Below the pieces are notes generated by a model. The model saw nothing but the letters and a program-made list of their open reading frames with translations. It did not search any database and was not told the DNA's origin. Positions 34,266 through 43,785 of a DNA stretch of 57,251 bases are shown piece after piece; position 1 is the stretch's first letter, and every line of letters begins with the position of its first letter. The stretch comes from Vicinamibacterales bacterium (GTDB lineage Bacteria > Acidobacteriota > Vicinamibacteria > Vicinamibacterales > SCN-69-37): positions 1 through 57,251 of the forward strand of contig DASUGC010000226.1 of assembly GCA_036274235.1 (NCBI GenBank), given 5' to 3'. A program made the position numbers and the translations under genes.

Positions 34266-35416
34266 TGGCGGACGGCACCTATCTCACCTGGCCGTTTTTC
34301 GACGACGCGCATCGGGATTTGGCGTCGCGGGCGGCGGCATGGCGGGACCGCGATCTCGATGCCCGTCACGTCGCCGATCCGGCGAAGGCGTGCGCCGCCT
34401 ACGTGTCGCAACTGGGCGCCGCCGGATGGCTGAAATATGCCGTCCCGCGCGCGTACGGCGGTGTGCTCGAATTGTTCGACGTTCGGTCGATCTGCCTGCT
34501 CCGCGAAACCTTCGGCTATGTGTCTGGCCTCGCGGAGTTTGCGTTTGCGATGCAGGGGCTGGGATCGGGACCGATCTCGCTGTTCGGATCCGAGGGGTTG
34601 AAAAGGAAATATCTGCCCGCTGTCGCCGCCGGCACTTCGATCGCCGCGTTCGCCATTTCCGAAGCCGGCGCCGGCTCGGATCTCGCCGCGATGCAGACGA
34701 CCGCCCGCCGGGACGGCGCGCACGTCGTCATCAACGGCGAAAAGACGTGGATCTCGAACGCGGGTATCGCCGGGTTCTACGTCGTGTTCTGCCGCTGGCC
34801 GGAGGGCGGCGAGCGGAGCTACATCGCGCTGGTGGTCGAGGCCGGCACGCCCGGTCTGGAGGTCAGCCGCGTCATCGACGTGATGGCGCGGCATCCGCTC
34901 GGCACGCTGATGTTCACGGACTGTCGCGTGCCGGCCGACGCGGTTGTTGGAGAGCCCGGCAAGGGGATGCGCGTCGCGCTTGGGACGCTGGATGTGTTCC
35001 GAACGACCGTCGGCGCGGCGGCGCTCGGCTTTGCACGCCGGGCCCTGGACGAAGCCATTCGACATGTGAAGACACGCGTGGCCTTCGGCAGGCCGCTCGC
35101 CGACTTCCAGCTGACACAGGCGCGCATCGCAGACATGGCGACCGCGATCGACGCGGCGGCGCTGCTCGTCTATCGCGCCGCCTGGACGCGCGATCGGGGC
35201 GCCGATCGCGTGACGCGAGAAGCCGCGATGGCCAAGCTCGTTGCGACGGAGACGGCGCAGCAGGTCATTGACTCCGCCGTGCAGCTGCTCGGCGCGCGCG
35301 GTGTCGTCGCCGACGAACCCGTCGAACGTCTGTACCGCGAGATCCGCGCGCTTCGCATCTACGAGGGCACGAGCGAGATTCAGAAGATCGTGATTGCCGG
35401 GCAGGTGCTGGCATGA
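34265..35416 (+). CDS. Acyl-CoA dehydrogenase
   Basis: ATG at 34265 (TGATG overlap). 383 aa with an ACAD-typical C-terminus ([22 protein letters not shown]). Confidence 0.9.
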   Translation: MADGTYLTWPFFDDAHRDLASRAAAWRDRDLDARHVADPAKACAAYVSQLGAAGWLKYAVPRAYGGVLELFDVRSICLLRETFGYVSGLAEFAFAMQGLGSGPISLFGSEGLKRKYLPAVAAGTSIAAFAISEAGAGSDLAAMQTTARRDGAHVVINGEKTWISNAGIAGFYVVFCRWPEGGERSYIALVVEAGTPGLEVSRVIDVMARHPLGTLMFTDCRVPADAVVGEPGKGMRVALGTLDVFRTTVGAAALGFARRALDEAIRHVKTRVAFGRPLADFQLTQARIADMATAIDAAALLVYRAAWTRDRGADRVTREAAMAKLVATETAQQVIDSAVQLLGARGVVADEPVERLYREIRALRIYEGTSEIQKIVIAGQVLA

Positions 35417-37431
35417 TCGATCGAGGTACCGCGCACATCGATACGTTCGTCCGGGACCACCTGCCGCCGCGCGAGCTGTGGCCGGAGACCGACTGGACGG
35501 GCGTGCCGGAGCTGTCGTACCGGCCGCATCTCAACGCTGCGGCGTTGCTGCTCGACGAATGGATCGCGCGCGGTCACGGCGGCCGCCCCGCCCTCCATCA
35601 CGCCAGCGGCACGTGGTCGTACCAGCGGCTGTTCACTGCGGCGAATCGAATCGCCCACGTGCTGGTGGAGGACTGCGGACTCGTGCCCGGCAATCGGGTG
35701 TTGCTCCGCGCTACCAATCAGCCGATGCTGATTGCCAGTTGGTTCGCCGTGCTCAAGGCCGGCGGCGTGGCGGTCACGACCATGTCGCTCCATCGAACGC
35801 GGGAATTGAGCGACATCATCCAGAAAGCCGACGTCACTCTCGCTCTTTGCGACGCGGCGGTCGCCTCCGATCTCGAAGCGGTGCTCCTCGGACGCGAACG
35901 AGGGCGCGTGCTGTGCTTCAACTCGCAGGAGCCGGATGCGCTCGACGCGCTGATGAGTGGAAAGCCGCCGGCGTTCAAAACCATCCAGACCAGGGCCGAC
36001 GATCCGGCGATCATCGCGTTCACCTCCGGCACCACGGGCCGGAGCAAAGGCACCGTCCACACGCATCGCGACCTGATGGCGGTCACCGACACCTACGGCC
36101 GTCACGTGCTGCGGCCCGATCCCGGCGACGTGTTCATCGGATCCCCGCCCGTGGCGTTCACCTATGCGCTCGGCGGACTGGTGCTGTTTCCGATGCGCTG
36201 CGGCGCGTCCACGGCGCTGCTCGAGCAGGCGTCGCCGCCACTCCTGCTCGAAGGCATTGAAAAGTTCCGCGCGACGGTCCTGTTCACCTCGCCGACCGCC
36301 TATCGCGCGATGCTGGGGCATATCGGCGAAGCCGATCTCAGCAGCCTGCGGCTGTGCGTGTCGGCCGGGGAGACGCTGCCGGCCGCGACATTTCTCGCGT
36401 GGGAAGCGGCCACCAGGCTCCGCCTGATGGATGGCATCGGCTCGACGGAAATGCTGCACATGTTCATCGGCAGCCAGGCCGGAGACGCCAGGCCGGGATC
36501 CACAGGTCGAGTCGTCCCCGGCTACAAGGCGCGGGTCGTAGACGACGAGGGGCGTGAGGTGCCGAGGGGAACCATCGGCCGTCTCGCCGTGATGGGACCG
36601 ACCGGCTGCCGCTATCTCGATGATCTCGCGAACCAGCGGAAGTACGTGCAGGACGGCTGGAACTTCACGGGCGATGCGTATCGTCAGGACGAGGACGGCT
36701 ATTTCTGGTACGTGTCGCGCACCGACGACATGATCGTGACGTCCGGTTACAACGTGTCCGGCGTGGAAGTGGAGAACGTGCTGCTCATGCATCCCGCGGT
36801 GGCCGAGTGCGCGGTCGTCGGCGTGGCGGACGACGCGCGAGGCCAGGTCGTCAAGGCGTTCGTCGTCACGGCGCCAGGCGGCGGTGGATCGGACGCCCTC
36901 GCGCGCGAACTGCAGGAGTTCGTCAAATCCCAGCTGGCGCCGTACAAGTATCCGCGTGCGGTCGAGTTCGTCGCGGACTTGCCGCGCACGCTCACCGGCA
37001 AGCTGCAACGCTTCCGTCTGCGTGCCGGCGCCGCGGTCGAGTCGCATGAGCCCCCGGGCTGGCCTCGACCGAAGGGATACGCGAACGCCGTCAGCGCGAC
37101 CGGACGCCTGGTGTTCGTGTCCGGGCAGATCGGGTGGGATCCCGTGACGTGCCGGTTGTCCGCGGCTGACTTCGCCGCCGAAGTCCGGCAGGCGCTGACC
37201 AACGTCGTCTCCGCGCTTGCGGCTGCCGGCGCGCGGCCGGATCAGATCACGCGTCTCACGTGGTACGTCACCGATCGCGGCGAATATGCGCGGCACCAGC
37301 GTGAAATCGGTCTGGCCTATCGCGAGGTGATCGGCCGGCACTTTCCCGCCATGTCCGTCGTGGTCGTACACGGACTCGTCGAAGAGCGTGCGCGGGTGGA
37401 AATTGAAGCGACTGCCGTGATCGGGAGCTGA
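35413..37431 (+). CDS. Aryl-CoA ligase (AMP-forming, benzoate/2-aminobenzoate-CoA ligase-like) fused to a C-terminal RidA/YjgF domain
   Basis: AMP-binding motif [13 protein letters not shown], plus FTGDAY and GKLQRFRLR. From about 37036 the sequence [24 protein letters not shown]…[10 protein letters not shown] is RidA-like. It is a single ORF of 672 aa with an ATGA overlap upstream. Confidence 0.85.
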   Translation: MIDRGTAHIDTFVRDHLPPRELWPETDWTGVPELSYRPHLNAAALLLDEWIARGHGGRPALHHASGTWSYQRLFTAANRIAHVLVEDCGLVPGNRVLLRATNQPMLIASWFAVLKAGGVAVTTMSLHRTRELSDIIQKADVTLALCDAAVASDLEAVLLGRERGRVLCFNSQEPDALDALMSGKPPAFKTIQTRADDPAIIAFTSGTTGRSKGTVHTHRDLMAVTDTYGRHVLRPDPGDVFIGSPPVAFTYALGGLVLFPMRCGASTALLEQASPPLLLEGIEKFRATVLFTSPTAYRAMLGHIGEADLSSLRLCVSAGETLPAATFLAWEAATRLRLMDGIGSTEMLHMFIGSQAGDARPGSTGRVVPGYKARVVDDEGREVPRGTIGRLAVMGPTGCRYLDDLANQRKYVQDGWNFTGDAYRQDEDGYFWYVSRTDDMIVTSGYNVSGVEVENVLLMHPAVAECAVVGVADDARGQVVKAFVVTAPGGGGSDALARELQEFVKSQLAPYKYPRAVEFVADLPRTLTGKLQRFRLRAGAAVESHEPPGWPRPKGYANAVSATGRLVFVSGQIGWDPVTCRLSAADFAAEVRQALTNVVSALAAAGARPDQITRLTWYVTDRGEYARHQREIGLAYREVIGRHFPAMSVVVVHGLVEERARVEIEATAVIGS

Positions 37432-37434
37432 ATA

Positions 37435-38436
37435 GTGGACGCATACACTCTTGGTGAAGCGACGGCCCTGCCGGGGTCGACGGTATCGGGAACGTTGACC
37501 GTTGGCGCCAACGCCACGACGATTCCATTCACGATAATCCACGGCACCAGGCCGGGCCCGGTGCTCGCGCTGGTGGCCGGGACGCATGGATCGGAGTACG
37601 TTCCGATCATCGCCTTGCAGCGGTTGCGCGCGTCGATCGATCCCGCCACGATCAGCGGGACGATTCTCATGGTGCACGTCGCGAACATGCCGTCGTTCCT
37701 CTCGCGCACGGTGTACTACTCGCCGCACGACGGGCAGAATCTGAATCGTGTGTTCCCTGGCAGGGCCGACGGCACGTTGTCCGAGCGCATCGCCGACGTC
37801 ATCACGCGCGAGTTTATCGGGCGCGCGACGCACGTGGCGGATTTGCACGGCGGCGACGGCAACGAATCACTGCGGCCGTATGCGTACTGGATCACGACCG
37901 GCGCCGAAGAGATCGCCGAGCAAAGCCGCGCGATGGCGCTGGCGTTCGGCCTCGAATACATCGTCGTCGATCGCAATCGGCCCACGGACCCGGCGCGATC
38001 GAGCTTCCTGTCCAACACCGCGATCCTGCGCGGCAAGCCCGCGATCACGACCGAAACCGGCGATCGGTCGCGTGTCGATGAGGACATGGTTGTGCTGGTC
38101 GAGCGCGGCGTGGCTGGCCTCCTCAAGCACCTCGGCATGTGCGCGGACGGTCCCGAGCCAGTCGGCGCGGCGCACTGGATCGACAAGGAACAGGTCCTTC
38201 GGGCGGACGCCACGGGCCTGTTCTATCCGGCGGTCGTCAAGGGGCAGACGGTCGAATCTGGCGATCTGATCGGCCGGATCGCGGACTTTCACGGCCACAC
38301 GCTCGAGTCCATTTCCGCGCCGTTTTCGGGCGAAATCCTCTACATCGTGGACACGCCGCCTATTACGAAGGGTGAGCCTGTGGGCATGGTGGGAACTATC
38401 GCCCCGCCGCTCCCGTATCCGGGTACGATTCCTTAA
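37435..38436 (+). CDS. Succinylglutamate desuccinylase / aspartoacylase (AstE/AspA, M14-like) family deacylase
   Basis: 333 aa; the GTG start lies 3 nt after the ligase stop. Contains LVAGTHGSEYVPI and ADLHGGD, family-like metal-ligand motifs. Confidence 0.75.
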   Translation: MDAYTLGEATALPGSTVSGTLTVGANATTIPFTIIHGTRPGPVLALVAGTHGSEYVPIIALQRLRASIDPATISGTILMVHVANMPSFLSRTVYYSPHDGQNLNRVFPGRADGTLSERIADVITREFIGRATHVADLHGGDGNESLRPYAYWITTGAEEIAEQSRAMALAFGLEYIVVDRNRPTDPARSSFLSNTAILRGKPAITTETGDRSRVDEDMVVLVERGVAGLLKHLGMCADGPEPVGAAHWIDKEQVLRADATGLFYPAVVKGQTVESGDLIGRIADFHGHTLESISAPFSGEILYIVDTPPITKGEPVGMVGTIAPPLPYPGTIP

Positions 38437-38463
38437 GAAGCCTGACTCTGCCCTGGAGGGCCC

Positions 38464-38883
38464 ATGACCAAGAGCCATTTCGCGCGCCTCGCCGTTCTCG
38501 TGCTGCTGCTGTCGCCGAACCTGTTTGCGTCGGCTGAAGACCTCAGCGGCAAGTGGAGCGGCACGTTCGTGATTTCGATGGGCGAGAACCCGCCCAGGGA
38601 CGACACCGCCTACATGGTGGCCACGCACAAAGGCGCGGACCTCACGGGATCCATTGGTCCGAATGAGAACGAGCAGTTTCCAATCCTCAAGGGCAAGGTC
38701 GCGACCGTCAAGGAATCCGGCAAAGACGTGACCAAGGTTTCGTTTGACGTCCAGCCCGAAAACGGCCCGGAGACGGCCCACGTTGAGCTGACGATGGTCG
38801 ACGGCCACCTCAAGGGCAAGCTGACGGCCGAGCACGAGGGCCAGAAGATCAGCGCCGTCCTCGACCTCGCTCGCATCAAATAA
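38464..38883 (+). CDS. Hypothetical secreted protein
   Basis: 139 aa with a GGAGGG Shine-Dalgarno and signal peptide MTKSHFARLAVLVLLLSPNLFASA. No family recognised. Confidence 0.6.
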   Translation: MTKSHFARLAVLVLLLSPNLFASAEDLSGKWSGTFVISMGENPPRDDTAYMVATHKGADLTGSIGPNENEQFPILKGKVATVKESGKDVTKVSFDVQPENGPETAHVELTMVDGHLKGKLTAEHEGQKISAVLDLARIK

Positions 38884-38904
38884 TTGCCGGAACGCGGCTT
38901 GACC

Positions 38905-38926
38905 CGCCGTGCCGTGTCGCACGGCG
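38905..38926 (+). terminator. Small hairpin between the hypothetical gene and the ADOP permease
   Basis: CGCCGTG (38905-38911) pairs with CACGGCG (38920-38926). The stem is weak and there is no U tract. Confidence 0.25.
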
Positions 38927-38949
38927 TGTCAAGCGCTTTCCTCAGGCGC

Positions 38950-41433
38950 ATGATCGACGCGATCGCACGAGACCTGAGATACGGCCTCCGCTGGCTGCGG
39001 CGGAGCCCGGGCTTCACCGCCGTCGCCATTCTTTCGCTCGGTCTCGGCGTGGGCGTGAACACCGCGATGTTTTCCCTGGTGGACGCGGTCATGCTGAGGC
39101 CGCTGCCTGTTGCCGATCCAGGCTCGCTCGTTGACGTCTTCACGAGCAGCGGCGACGGCGACGTGCATGCCACGTCTTCGTTCCTGGACCTGCAGGATTT
39201 CAGGGCCCGCAATTCAAGTTTCACCGACATGATCGGCTATTCGCCGATGATGGCCGCCGTGAGCCTCGGCGATCGATCGCGGCTCCTTGTCGGGCAGCTC
39301 GTCACCGCCAACTACTTCCAGGTCCTGGGCGTCGGCCCGGAGCGAGGGCGATTACTGGAGCCCGGCGACGATCAGCCCGGCGCCGACCGCGTCGTGGTGC
39401 TCTCGCACCGGATGTGGGTGGGCGAGTTTGCGTCCGACGATGGGATTGTCGGGCGCGCGCTGACGGTGCGCGGCCAGTCGTACCGGATCGTCGGCGTGGC
39501 TCCCGCGCGTTTCACGGGCGTGATCCCGCTTCTCGTTCCGCAGCTGTGGCTGCCCGTGTCGCACGCGGACGATGTTGAGCCTGCCGGCATGGTCGATTCG
39601 ACTCCCGGGCCCGGATCGACGCGCGTGGATCGGCGCGGCTACCGATTCATGTTCGCGAAAGGCCGGCTGAAACCCGGCGTGACGGCCGCGCAGGCGTCGG
39701 CGAATCTCAAGGCAATCGGGACGCAGCTCGAATCAGAGTTTCCGCAGACCAACAGGGATCGACGCGTCAGCGCCGTACCGACGGCCGACGTCCGGCTGCT
39801 GGTGCCCGAGGCCAGCGGTCCTGTGACAGCCGGCAGCGCGGGCGTGATGGCCGTCGTCGGCCTCGTGCTGCTGATTGCGTGTGCGAACGTCGGGGGCCTG
39901 CTGGCCGCGCGCGCGTCCGGCAGGCGTCGTGAAATGAGCGTGCGTGCCGCGCTCGGCGCCGGCCGGCTTCGTCTGGTGCGCCAGTTACTGGTCGAAGGCG
40001 TGGTGATTGGCCTGGCAGGTGTGGTGGTTGCGATCGGCATTGCGTGGTCCCTCATCCGCGTGCTGCTCGCCATCAAGTTGCCGATTCCAGATCTGCCGCT
40101 CGATCTCCGTTTCGACGCGCGCGTCATGGCATTCGCGCTGGTTGTGGCCACAGCGGCCGGCCTGGCTGCCAGCCTGCTGCCGTCGCTGCAGGCGTCGTCG
40201 CCCTCGCTCATCGCGGATCTCCGCGGCGCGGGCCTGCAGGCGACGTCGCGCCGCCGGCGCTGGCGTCTGCGCGAGTGGCTGGTGGCCGCGCAGGTGGCGT
40301 TGACCATCGTGCTGCTGGTCGTGGCCAGCTTGCTGCTTCGCAGCCTCTCGAAATCCCAGGCGGCGAACGTCGGATTTGATCCGCGCCGGCTCGCGGTCGT
40401 CTCCGTGGACACCAGCATGGTGCGGTATTCAGCCGAGCGCAGCCGGCAGTTCTGGGATCGGGCGCTGGCGCGCGTGCGGGCGTTGCCGGGCGTGGAGATC
40501 GCGGCGCTGGCCTCGCCCCGCGTGCCGTTCGATCTCAATTTTCAGACCAACGAATTCCGCATCGACGATCGCCGCTACGCCGCGGAGCAGCGCGGCGAGA
40601 TTCTGAACAACGTCTCCGTCTCCGCTGATTATTTCGCGACGCTGGGCGTGCCCATCATCCAGGGGCGCGCGCTGACGGAGAGCGATCGCGAGGGGGCGGC
40701 GCGCGTCGTGGTCATCAATCAGACGATGGCGCAACGTTACTGGCCCGGCCAGTCGGCGATCGGCCGGACGATCACCCTGGCCGGATCCGGCCAGCAATAC
40801 GAGATCGTCGGCGTGTCCGCCGACTACCGCGTGCGTTCGGTCAGCGAGGGACCCACGCCATACGTGCACATGTCGGCCGCGCAGCGCCCCGCAACCTACA
40901 ACTACCTGATCGCCCGCGCGAGGACGGACGGCGAGGCCGTCCTGCAGTCGATGCGGCGCGAGCTGCTCGCGCTGGAGCCGGGCCTCGTGTTCATCGGCAA
41001 CGGCACGATGGAGCGCACGCTGGCCGCCACCTTGTTGCCGTCGCGCGTGGGCGCGATGCTGGCGACGGGATTTGGCGCGCTGGGCGTGCTGCTCGCCGGC
41101 ATCGGTCTGTACGGCGTCATGGCCTTTGTCGTCAGCCAGCGCACGCGGGAAATCGGCATCCGGCTGGCGCTCGGCGCGCGCGCGGGCCAGGTCGTTCGCA
41201 TGGTGCTGGGCCGCGCGATGGTGGTGGTCGCGGCCGGCGCGGCGGCGGGCGCCGTGCTGGCTGCGCTGGCCGCGGGCGCGCTCGGCGCCGCGCTCTACGG
41301 CATCGGCTCCGGCGACCCGCTGGCCTGGATCGCCGCGATGCTGACGATGACGGCGGCCGCCGCACTGGCCGGCGCGCTGCCGGCCCTTCGCGCCGTTCGC
41401 GTCGATCCCGCGCGAGCCCTGCGCGCCGAATAG
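38950..41433 (+). CDS. ADOP family duplicated FtsX/MacB-like permease
   Basis: ATG at 38950 (MIDAIARDLRYGLRWLRRSPGFTAVAILSLGLGVGVNTAMFSL…). It has two MacB_PCD + FtsX modules in about 827 aa. The N-terminal signature is characteristic of acidobacterial duplicated orphan permeases. Confidence 0.9.
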   Translation: MIDAIARDLRYGLRWLRRSPGFTAVAILSLGLGVGVNTAMFSLVDAVMLRPLPVADPGSLVDVFTSSGDGDVHATSSFLDLQDFRARNSSFTDMIGYSPMMAAVSLGDRSRLLVGQLVTANYFQVLGVGPERGRLLEPGDDQPGADRVVVLSHRMWVGEFASDDGIVGRALTVRGQSYRIVGVAPARFTGVIPLLVPQLWLPVSHADDVEPAGMVDSTPGPGSTRVDRRGYRFMFAKGRLKPGVTAAQASANLKAIGTQLESEFPQTNRDRRVSAVPTADVRLLVPEASGPVTAGSAGVMAVVGLVLLIACANVGGLLAARASGRRREMSVRAALGAGRLRLVRQLLVEGVVIGLAGVVVAIGIAWSLIRVLLAIKLPIPDLPLDLRFDARVMAFALVVATAAGLAASLLPSLQASSPSLIADLRGAGLQATSRRRRWRLREWLVAAQVALTIVLLVVASLLLRSLSKSQAANVGFDPRRLAVVSVDTSMVRYSAERSRQFWDRALARVRALPGVEIAALASPRVPFDLNFQTNEFRIDDRRYAAEQRGEILNNVSVSADYFATLGVPIIQGRALTESDREGAARVVVINQTMAQRYWPGQSAIGRTITLAGSGQQYEIVGVSADYRVRSVSEGPTPYVHMSAAQRPATYNYLIARARTDGEAVLQSMRRELLALEPGLVFIGNGTMERTLAATLLPSRVGAMLATGFGALGVLLAGIGLYGVMAFVVSQRTREIGIRLALGARAGQVVRMVLGRAMVVVAAGAAAGAVLAALAAGALGAALYGIGSGDPLAWIAAMLTMTAAAALAGALPALRAVRVDPARALRAE

Positions 41434-41475
41434 TTCATGCTATAAGCTGATTTGAGGCCATTCACGAGGTTACCC

Positions 41476-42216
41476 ATGAAACGCGTCATCACGATGTTTG
41501 TTGCCGCCGCCATCGGGCTGTCGGTCGTCCACCTGTCGGCCCAAGGACAGGCCGCCGCGCTCCCGACGGCCGATCAAATCATGGACAAGTTCATCACGGC
41601 CGTCGGTGGCCGCGAGGCGATGGAGAAAGTGACGTCGCGCGTCTCGACCGGCACGTTCGAGATCCCGGACATGGGCGTCACCGGCAACATCACCATCAGC
41701 GAGAAGGCGCCGAACAAGTCGCTCGCGGTAATTGAACTCGGCGGCATGGGCACGGTTCGCGAGGGATCCGACGGCGTGACCGCCTGGTCAGAGCAGCCCG
41801 GCGCGCCGGCGCAAGACAAGACCGGCGCCGAGCTGGCCGAGGCCCTGCGCAGCTCCATCTTCAACGCGGAGCTGAAGTACAAAACGCTGTACAAGACCGT
41901 CGCCGTCACCGGCAAGGAAGTCATCGAGGGCAACGAAGCGTACGTCGTGGTCGCCACCCCGGCCGAAGGCTCGCCCAACAAACTGTTCTTTGACGTGGCA
42001 TCCGGCCTCATGGTCCGGCAGTCGAGCACCCGCCAGAGCCCGCAGGGGCCGCTCGACGTGGACGTCTACGTCACCGACTACCGGCCGGTGGACGGGATCA
42101 AGGTGCCGTTCTCCGTCCGTCAGGTGACGTCGATGTTCAGCGCCGTGATTCGCCTGTCGTCGATCAAGCAGAACGTGCCGTTGGACGACGCCATCTTCAA
42201 GAAGCCGGCGTTCTAG
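41476..42216 (+). CDS. Hypothetical secreted protein (LolA-like fold possible)
   Basis: ATG at 41476, preceded by GAGGT. Signal peptide MKRVITMFVAAAIGLSVVHLSAQ. The fold assignment is speculative. Confidence 0.55.
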   Translation: MKRVITMFVAAAIGLSVVHLSAQGQAAALPTADQIMDKFITAVGGREAMEKVTSRVSTGTFEIPDMGVTGNITISEKAPNKSLAVIELGGMGTVREGSDGVTAWSEQPGAPAQDKTGAELAEALRSSIFNAELKYKTLYKTVAVTGKEVIEGNEAYVVVATPAEGSPNKLFFDVASGLMVRQSSTRQSPQGPLDVDVYVTDYRPVDGIKVPFSVRQVTSMFSAVIRLSSIKQNVPLDDAIFKKPAF

Positions 42217-42965
42217 ACACCGATCAGCATCCGCGGAATCTGCGTCTCCTTGAGCGGCTCGCCGAGCCCCAGGGGCTCGTCCGGCGGGACGAGGGCGGGA
42301 TCCGTGTACGTGCCGAACATCCGGTCCCACACGCTGAACGCCGTCCCGAAGTTGGATCGGTTGTGGCGGGTGGAATGGTGGACGCGGTGGTAGGCCGGCG
42401 TGATGATGATGTGACGCAGCGGCCCGACATTGACCCGGATGTTCGTGTGCTCCCAGAACTGAATGAGCAAGCCGACGGAGTAGCCGATGCCGGCCTCGAG
42501 CGGGCTCAGGTTGAACACGAGCGTTGACACCGTCGTGGCCGGAATCGCGTACATCAAGGAGTGGAAGAAACTGGTCCGGAAACCGGAGAACCAGTAGAGC
42601 TGTTCGATCGAATGGTGCCACGCATGCGTGCGCCACAGCGTGTCGAACTGGTGCTGGGCGCGATGGATCCAGTAAATGATGAAGTCCACGACGACGATGG
42701 CCATGACGATGCGGAGCGCCCCGGGCCAGGCGTGCAGCCGCGCGAACGCGGCGACAATGCCCGCCGGAATCCCGGCCGCGATGGCCCCGCCGACGATCAG
42801 CTTGCAGGCGCGGTTGAGCGCCAGCGCCAGCGCGAACGACAGGACGTCAATCTTGAGATCCTTCCAGCGATCGATTTCGCGCGCCGGACGCACGCGTTCG
42901 AGGACCTCGAACAGGATGACGAGGCCGAAAAAAGCCGCAGTCTGATATTCGTGCGCGGTAGCCAT
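42213..42965 (-). CDS. Sterol desaturase / fatty-acid hydroxylase superfamily membrane protein
   Basis: Histidine boxes HRAQH, HAWHH and HRVHH. 250 aa and polytopic. Confidence 0.85.
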   Translation of the reverse strand: MATAHEYQTAAFFGLVILFEVLERVRPAREIDRWKDLKIDVLSFALALALNRACKLIVGGAIAAGIPAGIVAAFARLHAWPGALRIVMAIVVVDFIIYWIHRAQHQFDTLWRTHAWHHSIEQLYWFSGFRTSFFHSLMYAIPATTVSTLVFNLSPLEAGIGYSVGLLIQFWEHTNIRVNVGPLRHIIITPAYHRVHHSTRHNRSNFGTAFSVWDRMFGTYTDPALVPPDEPLGLGEPLKETQIPRMLIGV

Positions 42966-43195
42966 GCGCGATCCACAGGCATCACGTTTGTCTACTTACC
43001 AGTGGCGGCGAGCTGACGAAACCGATCGTCGCCGCCGCCGCTCACGCCAATCCGCCGTCGAATCCCCGGCCCGCCCACCGGCATCGCGTCCCGGGCGAAT
43101 CGGGCGACGTGCCACTGTTATACGCCAAATTCGGGCGGTATTGACCGGCGAACTGGGGCTGACTCAGCCGCCTGTGGCGGCGGCCCGGCAGTACA

Positions 43196-43732
43196 ATGGC
43201 CGGCATGATTGACGACCTTCGCTATCCCATCGGCAAGTGGCCACGTAACCCATCGGCAGATGCGAGCACGTGCGCGCCGATGATCGAGCAGATCGCGGCG
43301 GCGCCGGCGGCCCTGGCGGCCGCGGTGAAAGGCCTGACGGACGCGCAGCTCGATACGCCGTATCGCGAGGGCGGATGGACGCCGCGTCAAATTGTGCATC
43401 ACATCGCCGACAGCCACATGAACGCGTACATCCGCTTCAAGCTGTGCATGACGGAAGACCAGCCGACCGTGAAGCCCTACAACGAGAAGCTGTGGGCCGA
43501 GACCGCGGACGGCAAGACCGCGCCCGTCGCCGTGTCGCTCCAGTTGATCGACACGCTGCACAATCGGTGGGTCCAGTTCCTGCGGTCGATTGACAGGGGC
43601 GCGTACGGGCGCACGGTCATGCACCCGGAAAACGGCCCGATGAGCCTGACGGAGATGCTGCAGTTGTACTCCTGGCACGGCCGCCACCACACGGCGCACA
43701 TCACGGGGCTCAGACAGCGGATGGGGTGGTAG
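43196..43732 (+). CDS. DinB/YfiT family metal-dependent hydrolase
   Basis: LRYPIGKW, WTPRQIVHHIADSH and WHGRHHTAHI form a YfiT-like His triad. An alternative start lies at 43205. Confidence 0.85.
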   Translation: MAGMIDDLRYPIGKWPRNPSADASTCAPMIEQIAAAPAALAAAVKGLTDAQLDTPYREGGWTPRQIVHHIADSHMNAYIRFKLCMTEDQPTVKPYNEKLWAETADGKTAPVAVSLQLIDTLHNRWVQFLRSIDRGAYGRTVMHPENGPMSLTEMLQLYSWHGRHHTAHITGLRQRMGW

Positions 43733-43740
43733 CGGTTTCG

Positions 43741-43778
43741 ACAGGTACAAGGCTGCAGGTAACAGGTAACAGGTAAAA
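43741..43778. repeat. CAGGTAA x3 heptamer tandem (plus degenerate ACAGGTACA) in a 3' spacer
   Basis: CAGGTAA occurs at 43756-62, 43763-69 and 43770-76. GACAGGTAC at 43739-43747 also occurs inside the 1483-1527 array. Confidence 0.75.
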
Positions 43779-43785
43779 TCTGCCG

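Noticed and set aside
37036-37431. The RidA-like region as a separate gene with its own start.
   Set aside because: No in-frame stop separates it from the ligase, and no in-frame start or Shine-Dalgarno is evident at the junction. It is kept as a fusion, but a sequencing error cannot be excluded without reads.
35380-37848. An 822-aa ORF on the minus strand, plus similar long antisense ORFs: 14066-15760 (-), 51746-53920 (+), 45186-46952 (-), 27934-29301 (-), 9516-10754 (+), 30956-32350 (-), 21150-22346 (-), 12343-13449 (-), 25400-26779 (+), 23445-24701 (-), 50153-51328 (-) and 2981-4057 (+).
   Set aside because: Each lies exactly opposite a gene with clear family motifs. Their translations are Arg/Pro/Gly/His-rich with no recognisable motifs. 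This is the usual stop-codon-poor shadow frame of GC-rich DNA.
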